A stretch of 64,000 nt of DNA from Camelus ferus. Lineage: Eukaryota. Made by a program: the position numbers and the translations under genes. The notes beneath the pieces were generated by a model. The model was not told the DNA's origin. It saw nothing but the letters and a program-made list of their open reading frames with translations, and did no database searches. This document shows positions 52,850 through 64,000 of this stretch, piece by piece. The stretch lies in assembly GCF_009834535.1 (NCBI RefSeq), contig NC_045716.1, forward strand, positions 13,578,001 to 13,642,000. Reading direction: 5' to 3'. The first letter of the stretch is position 1; every line of letters begins with the position of its first letter.

Positions 52850-53060
52850 ACATTATATTAACCTAACATTTATTGAGTGCTTAGTATGAACCAGGCCATT
52901 CAAAGCATTTTTACATACATTCACTCATTTTAATCTTTACAACAGCCCTTGAAGATAAGTACTACTTTTTAGTTCCACTTTACAGACAAGATAACTTAGG
53001 CACAGAAGGTAGGATTTGAAGCTGGACGTTCTGACTTCAGAGCCAGCACTCCTACCCACC
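52850..53060 (-). mobile_element. MIR SINE
   Basis: AACATTTATTGAGTGCTTAGTATG...TTAATCTTTACAACAGCCC...CCACTTTACAGA. Confidence 0.75.
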
Positions 53061-53108
53061 ATATGGCCTCGGCAGCCCATTCTCAGCAAAGCTTCTTTCA
53101 GTGAACTC

Positions 53109-53112
<4 letters not shown>

Positions 53113-53158
<46 letters not shown>
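53113..53158 (+). repeat. (AC)23 microsatellite
   Basis: Read directly from the sequence. Confidence 0.95.
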
Positions 53159-53163
<5 letters not shown>

Positions 53164-54060
53164 TGCACGCACATCTAACCTCTTGTTCATGAGACCGACT
53201 TTTAAATATTGACAGCATCTCTGGGTCCCCAAGTCTTGCCTTTACCAGGCTTAACATCACGATCTCAGTCATTCTTCATGGCTCAAGGCCCTTCACCATG
53301 TTGTCTTCACTCAGGCAGGTCTGTGTTCTTTCATGTCCCTTTAACTGGGCGGCTAGAAACAAAAGCATGGCTATGGGGTAACATGCTCGAAGCTGGAAGC
53401 AGCCAGCCTCTCCACCTGCGTGTGCTGCACACTGGACACCTGTCAGGAGAGCCAGAAGCGCTTTGGCTTTTACGTGTAACAGCTGACCTGCCATGAACAA
53501 AGAGTGCTTTTTCCAAATCCCTGGCCCCTCACAGCTCCAGGGCCTGGCTTGTGCAGCCTTTTGATTCGTTGCCTGGCCCTGTAGAGCACAGCCCAGGGGA
53601 AAGACATTTAGGAATTTCCAGGGGCCATAGTGTGTCTGGGCGAGGACTTTCATGACAACCTGGTGGGGATCAAAAGGACAGCGTCTGGCCTGCCTGGGTC
53701 AGTGGGGCAGGAGGGGAGACCCAGATCCGGCCGCAGAGCCAGCGGCTGCTCCAGCAGTACCTGTGGTTCTCCAGACAGCTTCCAAGTTTTCCACCAGGAT
53801 GTCTCAAGAAGGCATCAGCTGTCAGGAGACCCAGGCTTCCAAGTCTGACCGGGTGGCAGGGAGGCAGCGAGGAAGGGGTCCTTCCGGGCAGGTGCTGGAA
53901 CCACACAGACGGCACATCCAGGAGGGGCCTCTCCCTTCCCTGGGTCTGTTTGAGAACAAGAAAGGCAGCTTTATTCACCCGTCACCTGGCACTGACTGCT
54001 TGAGGTTGGGATCAGGACAGGTTCCAGGTACAATTGCCAAGATCATGGTGGACTTTTGTC

Positions 54061-54173
54061 CTTTTTTTTTTTTGGTATTTATTTTAATTTTTTTAATGGA
54101 GGTACTGGGGAATTGAATCCAGGACCTCGTGTATGCTAAGCATGCGCTCTACCACTGAGCTATACCCACCCCC
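54061..54173 (-). mobile_element. Vic-1-like SINE with a 9-bp TSD
   Basis: Antisense SINE flanked by TGGACTTTT at 54049-54057 and 54174-54182. Confidence 0.88.
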
Positions 54174-55059
54174 TGGACTTTTACTTAATACTTTCTTCCC
54201 TTCCTAGCCTGACCAGTCCTCTTTTCTCTAGGGTCCTGACAGAGGAGGGAGAGTAATCTGATAAACAGTTTCATGGTAAGGCATTAGTGGTGCACAGAAA
54301 CTTAATGTGGTACCCCTGTCAGGGTCACTTCCACTCTAACAGAGACCCAAAGGCCTCCATCTGAAGATATTTTCAGAGAGAGAACGTCCTACTGTCCCTC
54401 AGATTATAACAGGGTGGCCAGTACCCTCTTCATCCTGTGCATTAAGAAAAAAATATACAAACACAGCACTGATCCTTCACATCCTGGAGCCCTGACTTCC
54501 CCATCCATGAGATGAGGAGAGTAATAGTACATCCCTTGTAGAGTTTTATGAGATTAATGAGATGATGCCTGTAAAGCTCTTAGAACTAAATCTGGAACAC
54601 AGTTAGACTTCAATATATGTTATTATTACTGTGAGTTATTAATTTGATTATAGAGCATCTTCATATTTATTTTGCCATTTTGTCCTTACAACCACCCTGT
54701 GAATTTAGTTTTATTGCTGATTTTCTAGATAAAGAAAGGGAATTGGGGGATTAAGTATGTAGCTAAGTAAGAGTGGAGCACAGCCAAGCTCTCTCTGAAA
54801 GGGTGCTTGGCTCTCCCTGCTCAGCAGGGTTTAGGGAAAGCCCAGGGGTCTAGCCCCGGGCCTGGCAGACTGGAGGCACAGAGACACCCCAGAACAGAGC
54901 CCACCTTGGGGAACTCTCCAGAAGCTCAGAAAAGATGTCAGCAGCCTGGGAAAGGTGCCATTTCACCCCATAATGTACTTACCAGTGAAGCTTCGCTCCT
55001 GACCAGCTCCCCGTCTTCCGAAGAGGGAACCAAGGCAGCTCTTTCTGTTCCAAACACAT

Positions 55060-56300
55060 ATGAATGTAGAGGAAAATGATATAATGAACCACACATACAT
55101 ATTTCAGGGTGTATCTCTAAAAATTAGAGACTTAAAAAAAAACCAAACATAACCACAACACCATTATCCTACCTGCACAATTTACTCTAATTCCTTCATA
55201 TCATCAAATATCTGGTCAGCATTTACATTCTTCCAACCTTCCTTTTTCAGCATTGCCGTGTGTTTGTTTGAATGAGGTGCCAACTGGCTTACACGTTGTT
55301 TTTTCTCTTTTACATCGGGTTTCCTTCCCCACACTCCACCCTCCCCCAACCCTTTTGATTTCCTTGAACTGTATCGTTGAGGTTGTTTCTGCCATAGATT
55401 TCCCACAGTCTGGATTGTGCTGACTGCATCCCTGCGGCGTCATGTGGCCTGGGCCTCTGCCTCCTGGATTGTATAAACCGGCAGGTGGACCTGGAGGCTT
55501 GATGGAATTCAGGTGTGACGTGGTAGCAAGACTCCTTCAAGGTAGTTTAGTGTATTTCATCAGGAGGTTCATGGTGTCCCAAGGTCTTTCTCTTGGTGAC
55601 ATGAGAAGCCACTGATGATCACTGCCTACCGCTGCTGTTTTCTTATGGGTTAGCTCTTTTTTCATTTATTGGGTGGAATACTTCCATAAAGTCCTCATCA
55701 ACTATTCCATTACTCTGATAAATACCCAGGATAGACGCTTATTTACAGAGATTACGATCTTCAGATGGATACGATGCTTATGACTTAATTCAAAATAACC
55801 CTGGAAAGGGGGAGGGAGTAAACATCTAAAAGAAGGGCAGTGGGCTGATCATTGTTGAGGTCAAGTGACAGCTGTACAGAGGTTCATTCCTCTATCCTAC
55901 TTCTGTGTATGTGTGATATATTTTATAACTAAAAGCAAGGGTTTTTGGTTTTTTTTTTTTTTCAGTAAAAAAATTAAGTAAGGATTTGGTTCCCAAGCAT
56001 CCTCTGAAGGAGAGCAATGAGTTTGTTGGTTGGTTGGTTGTAGTGTCATGATGACTGCATAGACTTGAACATATTTAAGTTATTTTAATCCACTGTTGTT
56101 ATTTTTCTTACTGATGCTTAAGCGGTTCAATTGCTGGCCAGTGGGAGCCTCCTCAGGTTGGATCCCAAGTTCTTGTTGACCCAAGTCCAGAGGTCTTTGA
56201 TAGCATCCTTGCTAGTGGTCTTTGATAGCATCCTTGCTTTCAGTATGACAAGAGTCCTGTTTGCGTTGTACATTTCCTACCCAGACCTCGGCCATTTTTC
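55060..56300 (-). mobile_element. Old L1 (L1MC-like) 3' region fragments
   Basis: AACATAACCACAACACCATTATC...ATCAAATATCTGGTCAG, CCATAGATTTCCCACAGTCTGGATT, and TACATTTCCTACCCAGACCT are L1MC-type phrases. Confidence 0.65.
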
Positions 56301-57234
56301 CTAAGGTAGGGTTCTGTCTTGCCTCAAAGCGTCTTTTTTTTTTTTTGTGCCTGGCCACTGTTACCGAAAGAGATCTCTCTCAGGCTCCAATTAGACTCTG
56401 TAGCCAGGAGCAGAATTTTGCTCCCTACACACCAAGCGAGTGCCACCCTTTCCCCCAACAACTGCCGCTACACTCCCACCCCCACCCAAGCAGGTGTCTC
56501 AGCGATGCGTTGACTGTGCTGGTGGGTGGGTGGAGGGGAAAGGAGATTAAAATCTGACTTTAAAGGCGCAGGCAGTAACTTGCTTGAGGCTGGCTCCCCC
56601 TCCCCAGCCCCAGCCCCACCCCAGATTCAGAACCAGGGAGAAGGAAAGGAGGGCAGTGAGAGTGTTCAGTATCTATTTATCTATCTCTATTTAGGCAGAT
56701 TTATCTTGCATAGTAAATCAGAGAGAAACATTTAGGGAGGAGGCAGTGGGGTACCTCCGGTTTACAAGCTTTATCTTATCTCTGGGGTGAGGATGGGGGT
56801 TGTGCAGAGCAGGCAGAGCCCTCCAGAGACAAGCGTAAGACGAAAAGAGCACAGAAGACTAAAGGGGGATTGGCCAAGCACAGCCTTCAGACATGCGGGG
56901 TGCCACCAAGTAGAAGACAGTGCATACTGTTAACTTCCAAGGGCAGAACTAGCCCCTGTGGGTCAGGGTGACAAGGATGCTAGTGACAGTAGAACCGCCC
57001 AGCAATGGAGTGAGGAGCTGTCACACGAAGCAGTGAGAGTTCTGAAAAGTCTGGAAGATCTCCAGCCAGGAATGTTTGGGAAGGGGCTTCCCATATGATG
57101 ACTGGGCATATACTCAAAGACAGGACATGGATTTGGACACGGCAGAGGAGAAAAGACCCAGGGCTCATGGTTGGACGCACCAGCTGTGTGAACTTGGTCT
57201 GGTCAGTTCCTGCCCACTTTAAAAAACATATATT

Positions 57235-57555
57235 ATTGTTTTTCTTTTTATTGGAGTACAGTCAATTACAATATGTCTATCTCTGGTGTACAGCACAGTG
57301 TCCCAGTCCTGCATACACATACATATATTCGTTTTCACATTTTTTTCCATTAAAGGTTATTACAAGATATTGAGCATAGTTCCCTGTGCTATACAAAAGG
57401 AGCTTTCTAAAAAATCTATTTTTATATATAATGGCTAACATTTGTAAATATCAAACTCCCAAATTTATCTCCTCCCATCTCCTTTCCACGGTAACCATAA
57501 GATTGTTTACTAAGTCTGAGAGTTTGTTTCTGTTTTGTAGATGAGTTCACAGTGT
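57235..57555 (-). mobile_element. L1 3'-end fragment
   Basis: TTGGAGTACAGTCAATTACAAT...GAGCATAGTTCCCTGTGCTATAC...GGTAACCATAAGATTGTT...GTAGATGAGTTCAC. Confidence 0.85.
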
Positions 57556-57679
57556 CCTTTTTAAAAAATATTTTATTTTATTTCATTTTTTTTATGGAGG
57601 TACTGGGGATTGAACCCAGGACCTCCCACATGCTAAGCACGTGCTGTATCACAGAGCTACACTCATCCCCCTCCCCACT
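57556..57679 (-). mobile_element. Vic-1-like SINE
   Basis: TATGGAGGTACTGGGGATTGAACCCAGGACCTCCCACATGCTAAGCACGTGC. Confidence 0.85.
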
Positions 57680-58094
57680 TTTTTGATCACGCCTCATCTC
57701 AGGGCTATTTTGGCAGGGAGCAGCGGGCAGTTAAAGGAGAGATGAGTTGAGAAGCTCTGGGAATCCCTGGGTATGAGTGTGGTTGAATGATCCTCACGTC
57801 TCTGCTGGGGAATCTGCAGATAGGCGAGAAGTGACTGCATTTGTCTTCCAAACAATGTCCAGGTTGAAACTGCTCCCAGACGGAAGTCGCACGATAGAAA
57901 GACCCAGAGTGGAGGAGATGGTGAGCAAAGGGAGGAGGCAGCCAAGCCTGCCCTGGGGCAGTGGATGGAGGCTCTGGCGGAAGCTGGTCCTTTCAGAGGA
58001 TAGAACCACCCAGAGGCACTAATAGCAAGTCTGAACATGAAAACACTGCTTTTCAAAAAGAGGTCTCAGAATAGATTTCTCTGTAAGACTACAG

Positions 58095-58113
58095 GTGTGT
58101 GTGTGTGTGTGTT

Positions 58114-58152
<39 letters not shown>
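58095..58152 (+). repeat. Interrupted (GT)n microsatellite, 58 nt
   Basis: Read directly from the sequence; two interruptions (GTTT, GC). Confidence 0.95.
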
Positions 58153-58156
<4 letters not shown>

Positions 58157-58839
58157 CTAAAAGAAAACAAATGATGGCGGACACCTGAGCAGTCCCACCT
58201 GACTCCTTCCAGGCCTGAGCTACAGAATATTTCTTTGGGCTGGAGGGTAAGGCCAGAGGAGCAGACCTGCGGGGAAGGCCGGAAGGCAGGAGCCTGAGTG
58301 GAAGGTTTCCAAGCAACAACGTGCATCCCACACCCCTGCACGCCAGGCTGCACAGGGGGTGAGCCAGGCCAACAAGACCCAGAAATTCTAGGCCATGGGG
58401 CCACCCCAGGCCCGGGTAGCCCTCGTGATATGTGGGAAGAGCGTGGTCAGACACAAGAAGGACAGCAGTCTCACTCACAAATATATCCGCATTTAAAGCA
58501 TTTCCTACACATGCCTCTGTCCCCTTTGATTCTTATTTCTCCTAAAAAACTGTGATGAATTAAATGAAAACTGCAAGAGGACCCAATTTTAACAGCAGCA
58601 AAATCCTAATGGAAGTGTAATTGCATCTTTTCTAACCTGGTTATAAAACAGCGATCGTGGCTATATTGTTACTGTCCCCTTGGCAAAAGCCCACAATATT
58701 TCCTTCTTAATTTTGCTGCATTTAAATAAAGTCAGTTCCATTAGACTTGCTTTTCCCCATGTGCACATGCTGTGGATGAGTGTGTACAGACACATTTAGC
58801 AATAGGCAGAATTCTGCCAACCCGGGCTGCTGCCTAGAA

Positions 58840-59800
58840 CACTTCTTAAGTTTTTTTATTGTGAATGTTTCTCAGAATATCATTGAAAAGAGTACCTCCA
58901 AGCAAATACAAGTGAATATATACTTGATCTCAAAATGAGGAAACATTTTCTAAGCATATGAGTAAAAGCAAAAAAAATTGATGACAGTTTCAATTTCTGT
59001 ATGTCAAAGACACCAAATGAAAAGTAGATGACAAAGTGGAAAAATATTTGCAATATATACAATGGGAAAAGGGTGAATATCCCTGGTAGGAAACATGCTC
59101 TTAGAAATCACTTAAGAAAGCACATCCAGAAACAGAAGAAAAGCAAGAGTCATCGCCACACAATCCATTAAATGAGAAACACACATGGTGAAGAAAATGC
59201 ATGAAAAAAATGTTCACCGTGACTAATAATCAAAGAAATGTGACATTTAAAATTAGAATCTGTTTTTTGCTTCCCGGGTTTTGATTTTTGTTTGCTTAAT
59301 TAATACCCAGTGTTGGTGGGAAAACCGTGAATTAGAGTCTTTCAGAAATCGCTGAGGGTAAATTGGTACCATCTACCCAGACATTAATTAAGTCCTAAAC
59401 TTAAAGAGTTTCAAAAATATTGATTCCTATTTGTTGCATACTTCCTGTGTTTATTTCTTAAGAAATAGTCAGAAGGATAAAAATATCTATGTTCAAGGAT
59501 GTTTATTGCAATGGTATTCTAATAATATTCACAAATCAACAATAACCTATATTTCTACCAAAAAGGGGAGTGGCTAAATAATTAAATATAGCAAAAATAG
59601 TTAAAAAAAAAAAAATCAGTGGTCCTAAGTAAAATCAAACAAACAAAACCCCTAAGGTTTCAGGGGAAAAAAAAAGTATTAGAATAAACATTAGAAAAAA
59701 TAGCAATATATTAACAGTGATTATGTTTGAGTACTAGGGTTGTAGGTAATTTTTATTTTCTTTTTCATGTTTGTCTATATTTTCCAACTTGTTTATAATG
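58840..59800 (+). mobile_element. Old L1 (L1M) fragment, sense
   Basis: A-rich, with AAAATATTTGCAATATATAC, CAAAGAAATG, ATGTTCAAGGATGTTTATTGCA typical of the L1 ORF2 end/3' UTR. Confidence 0.65.
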
Positions 59801-62629
59801 AACATTTCTACTCCTGTTATCAGAAAAGTTATATAGAATATAAAAATGAGTTCCCCCTACTTTTGAACTGAGAAATCAAATTCATCCTAACATCACCAAA
59901 GGACCCGAAAGAGCAGGTCTGCCGCAGGAGAAGCAAAGAGGGCTGCTTAGGACCAGCTAAAGCTGAGTTGTTCATTAAGCATCCATGTAGATGTTCGAGT
60001 CCGGATTTCAGGGAGAGCTGGGGCTGCAGATATAAATGTTGGGGTCAACAGCATATGGATCGTATTTTAAAGCCCTGAGAATGAATGATGAGATCACAAA
60101 AGGAGTGAGTTTAGGAAGATTAGAGAAGAGGTTCACGGCCTGACCCTCAAGCCCCTCTCTCTCCCTCTCCTTTCAGGCCCAATTCTTGAATAAAGGGGTG
60201 GAGGGGGGTGTGGGCATGCATTGTTCCTGAGAATAAAATTGTGTTTGGATAACAAAAAAAATCCCAGATTAAAAAAATGCTGATTCAACGCCTGTGACCG
60301 GCTTAACAAGCACGTAAGTGTATCAGTATCAACAGCAGCCACTTAAGCCCCCTGGGAAGTAATCCAGTGCTGGAGGCCAGGCCTCGACCTGATTCTTTTT
60401 CTCCAGTGAATCCCCCTGATTGAATGTGCAACTGGATCTTACAACAGAAAATCAAATGACTCCATTTTCCAATTAAACTGATTAGTTCTGTGAGCCTTTG
60501 GTTTGAAGCCAACACATTTGGACTATTTAAATGGGCTCAGTCCTGCCAATGTATAAATCTTGCTTGGCAAACTTTTTTTTTAAAAAAGGATTTATTTCAA
60601 AACCAGATCACATCTTTTAAGTTTTAGCAACTCCTGTTTTTGAGTGCAGTTTGCTTTTTTCTGTGCTTGGGAGCATAGCTTCCTTCCACTGCTTGGAAGG
60701 AAAGAGAATATTTTATTTTTCAATCCCCTTCCTTCACAGTGGGGCAGCTAGGTGGAGGATCTGTCTAGCAGAGGGCAACAGAGGTATTAGCCTGCTATAG
60801 ATTTGTTGGTTACAATTTAGCAGAAGGCAGTGGAGGAGGGACGAGAAAAGGGCGGTTCCCTAGCCTCGGTTTCTCCTGCATGGGACCCAGGCTGCGAGGG
60901 TGGGAAGATCGCCCCTTCCCGGGTAAGAGCTCAGTGGAGTGGGCTCACGGTGTAAGTCACTGAACTTAATTGAAGGAAGGCAGCTCTAAAACAGTCCTGC
61001 AGGGTTACTAGGAGGCTGACTTGGAGGAGTCTTTGCATCAAACTGATTGATAGTCTCCCCGTGTCTCGGAGAGGTGTTTTGGCTTCGTGTCAGAGCTCCC
61101 ATCAGACGAGCCTGTGCTATGAGAGGTTTGAAAAATGGTTCGGATGAAAAAAATTGACTCTGTTCAATAATAAATTATAATGATGCTTTGTATTTATAGA
61201 GCATCCTTCAACTGAGGGAGCTCTAAGTTCTTTATGGATATTAACTCACCTTTCTCACAATAGAGAAAAGATAACTTTGTCAATTCAGTATTTTTTTTTC
61301 TTTTACTGAGGGAGGAGGTTAGCTATTACAGGGATGTTTTCTTCTATTAATTTAGAGGCAATAAATCTTCCTTTCCATTTTTTTTTCTCTAGAAATCTTT
61401 TCTTATTGGATAGCACATAAAAATTAAAAATGAATAGAGATGCCTAAAATGTGTGTGCATATGCATTTATATGTCTATGTGGGTGTAGTATCTATATAAA
61501 TATTTAATTTTTATGGTTTAAGCCTTCTCCCTCAGTTTTCATGGGCTAGAATTTATTAGCTACTGAACAGTGGGGCTATTATTATTTGCTTTTGCACCTA
61601 AATGATTTAAAAGTCAATTATGAATTGGCTACGGGGATTGGAGAACTGTGCCATGTAATATGGCCCCGCAATTTCGATTTGTCTGGCATGAGGAAGTGTC
61701 CGGGGGGGAAATAGCCCACAGACGTAACATACAGATATTAAACTGACCAGACAGAGGCCTTAGGTCACTGAGATGTAGCAGCTTTGCTGGGTTTCATCTG
61801 GCTAGGTTAGGAGGTGGGGGCAGAGGGTGCTGGGGAGGGTGTACAGACAGACACATAAATCTAAGGGTAAAGCAGAACCCCAGGACTGGCCAAAACAATG
61901 ACTGAAAATAGGCAAGCCCAAGGAGAGGCTGGTCACAACAACCAGCCCCCAACGCGTAGATCTGGGCTCTACACCCCCAGCGACAATTAAAGCAAGCCCC
62001 AACTGGCTCCAGGGTCCCCAGGGAGGGAATGTAAACATTTACCGCATTTCCTATTTATCTGCAAAGAACTGACTTCTGAGTCACGAAGGCAGAGAAGCAG
62101 GCTGCAAGGCAGTAATAACGTAATGCAACAGAGTTATTTGTCGAATGGAAAATTCCCCTATGGGATTCGTGTCCTTTGAACATTCCAAATGGGAGATGGG
62201 AGTTTGCAGGTGGTAAAGAGAGGTGTGGAAAACAGCAAGGTATGATTCATGCGCTGGGTCTTCCACTGGGGACTTTATGACTTTGTGTTTGCATGAAAGG
62301 ACGCTGAAACTCAGATTCTGTCCACCTCGGAATTAGCCAGGAGCAAAATGGCAAAATTTTGTTAACAAGCTTGGAGTCCACAGTAAATTTTAAAAAGCAA
62401 GCGTGTGACACAACGAGCACTCATCATAAATCTTCAGTTGCCTCTGGGTTCTGGCCTGGACGCTGAAGAGGAGTCAGTACTTTGGAACGAGAGCCAGGCC
62501 TTCTGACGCCTTCGTATTTTAACTAACTAATCAAGGTGCTCCAGCCTTTTTTCTGCTCATGTTCCCCGGTTATTGCTCACTTGACTTAACAGTCCTCACT
62601 CTTGAACATTGAAATTGCTGCTCGGAATA

Positions 62630-62730
62630 CATTGTATACACACACACGTATACTATGTATAAGCATATACATATTGCGCATAGTGTGTGTGTGTGTGTGT
62701 GTATATATATGTATGTGTATGTATACATAC
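62630..62730 (+). repeat. Compound (TA/CA/TG) simple repeat containing (TG)10
   Basis: Read directly from the sequence. Confidence 0.85.
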
Positions 62731-63840
62731 ACGTTTTTCCTCATAAATGAAACTGAATTAAACTTTATTTTCAGTAATTGGGATTGAAAAGGCAGAGCAG
62801 GGGAATAATTATTCTGTAGGTTATCTCTAAATGAAAATTTCTCAAAAAACATTAGTTCCAAATTCTAATATTAAAACAAAAAATTTAAAGGGGTACAACA
62901 GAACGATGGGCTGAAATTTAATACACAAAAACCATGTAGCACCTTGAGTCAGTCCAAAGACAAACTGATTTTTTTCCCCCTAAAGGAGGTCAGAGTTAAC
63001 CTGGCAAGTGGTCAGAAAATCGTGAAGAAGGGGTTTTTTTGTTGTTGGTTTATTTGTTTGATTTGAGGTTCTCTAAGCGCCATAATTGGTACAAATCACG
63101 AGATATGTGCTGAGCTGCAAACCCCAAAGCTGCAACCGGAGCCCCCAGTGAAGTTAATTAAGTTTGAGTCTTGGGCTGCTTGATGTCAGAATAAATCTAA
63201 TGTGTTGTCAGCAGGCTAAGCCAGAAGAGCAGAGCTCCAAAGAGGAATTTCTATGCAGTAAATATCACTTAAATTCCACTCAAAGTTGGAGCTGGTGTCA
63301 AAGTCCAAAAAAGCAATATTCCCTGGCAACTGCTGTCAGGAGTGTGTTTGTGCCTGGCTATGTATCATCTGAACACTCAAATTAGCAGAGAAGAAGGACA
63401 GTGAGTTAATATCACCCAGCTGACTGCTCACAGAACTGCTTTAACTGTAGCCAGAGAAATATGGAGAGAACACGACCAGTCATCAATGACCTCCAAAGGA
63501 CTAGATGCTCAGAATTTTCTGGCAGGCTGGGCTAGATAAATAATTCCTGCTGTGAAAAATAAATTCCCTGAAATATTTCAGGGAAACCAATGCTACCGCT
63601 TCCTGGCTGCTCAGCTAGAACGAGATGGAGAAAGGCTACAGGTGAAGAGGAAAGGAAGGTGGGGAAATCTACCTACTAGTAGATTTCTACCTCACTGCTC
63701 TCTGGTTTATGAGGGGCTGGTGAGCCCAGTGACGTTGGCATGGTGAGTGGGAATGGGAGTTCTTCCAAGAACTCTGTATGTGAGGCTTGTGAACATATTC
63801 TCTCTCTGGACAGGCCTTTGGAAGGGAAGGAAGGAGACTG

Positions 63841-63908
63841 GGAAGGAAGGAAGGAAGGAAGGAAGGAAGGAAGGAAGGAAGGAAGGAAGGAAGGAAGGAA
63901 GGAAGGAA
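63841..63908 (+). repeat. (GGAA)17 tetranucleotide microsatellite
   Basis: Read directly from the sequence. Confidence 0.95.
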
Positions 63909-64000
63909 AGGGGTATATGGAAAGGGAGATTGAAGATGGGAGATGGAGAAAAAAGAGGAAGGCAAGAGACAGTGATATCAACTAAAAAAGGAAATAAACA

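Overview
Mammalian genomic DNA, most likely a camelid, judged from about ten copies of a tRNA-derived SINE with the Vic-1-type head GGGGAGGGTATAGCTCAGTGGTAGAG. It is a draft scaffold with four N gaps. The window covers the CREG1-CD247 region on the + strand. It begins in what I recognise as the distal 3' UTR and poly(A) region of CREG1 (1 to ~430). About 13 kb of repeat-rich intergenic DNA follows, with a near-consensus CTCF motif at 897-914. Then come the promoter and first coding exon of CD247 (CD3 zeta; ATG 14120, 58 nt, MKWTVLVILAILQAQLPVT, donor GTAAGG). Everything from 14178 to the end is CD247 intron 1; I did not find exon 2. The intron holds a 5'-truncated, sense-oriented HNRNPA3 processed pseudogene (~23015-23672), many SINE/LINE/LTR/DNA-transposon relics, microsatellites and several T-cell transcription-factor motif clusters. 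No other ORF in the supplied track looks like a real protein. I see no firm evidence of a new biological system. The most interesting testable hypothesis is that intron 1 carries sense-strand decoy exons and intronic poly(A) signals that could attenuate CD3 zeta expression. These are a strong pseudoexon with an immediate stop plus AATAAA, a UG-repeat-embedded donor of the TDP-43-repressed type, the retrocopy, and an AATAAA cluster. Gene and repeat-family names come from recall of consensus or human sequences, not from database searches.
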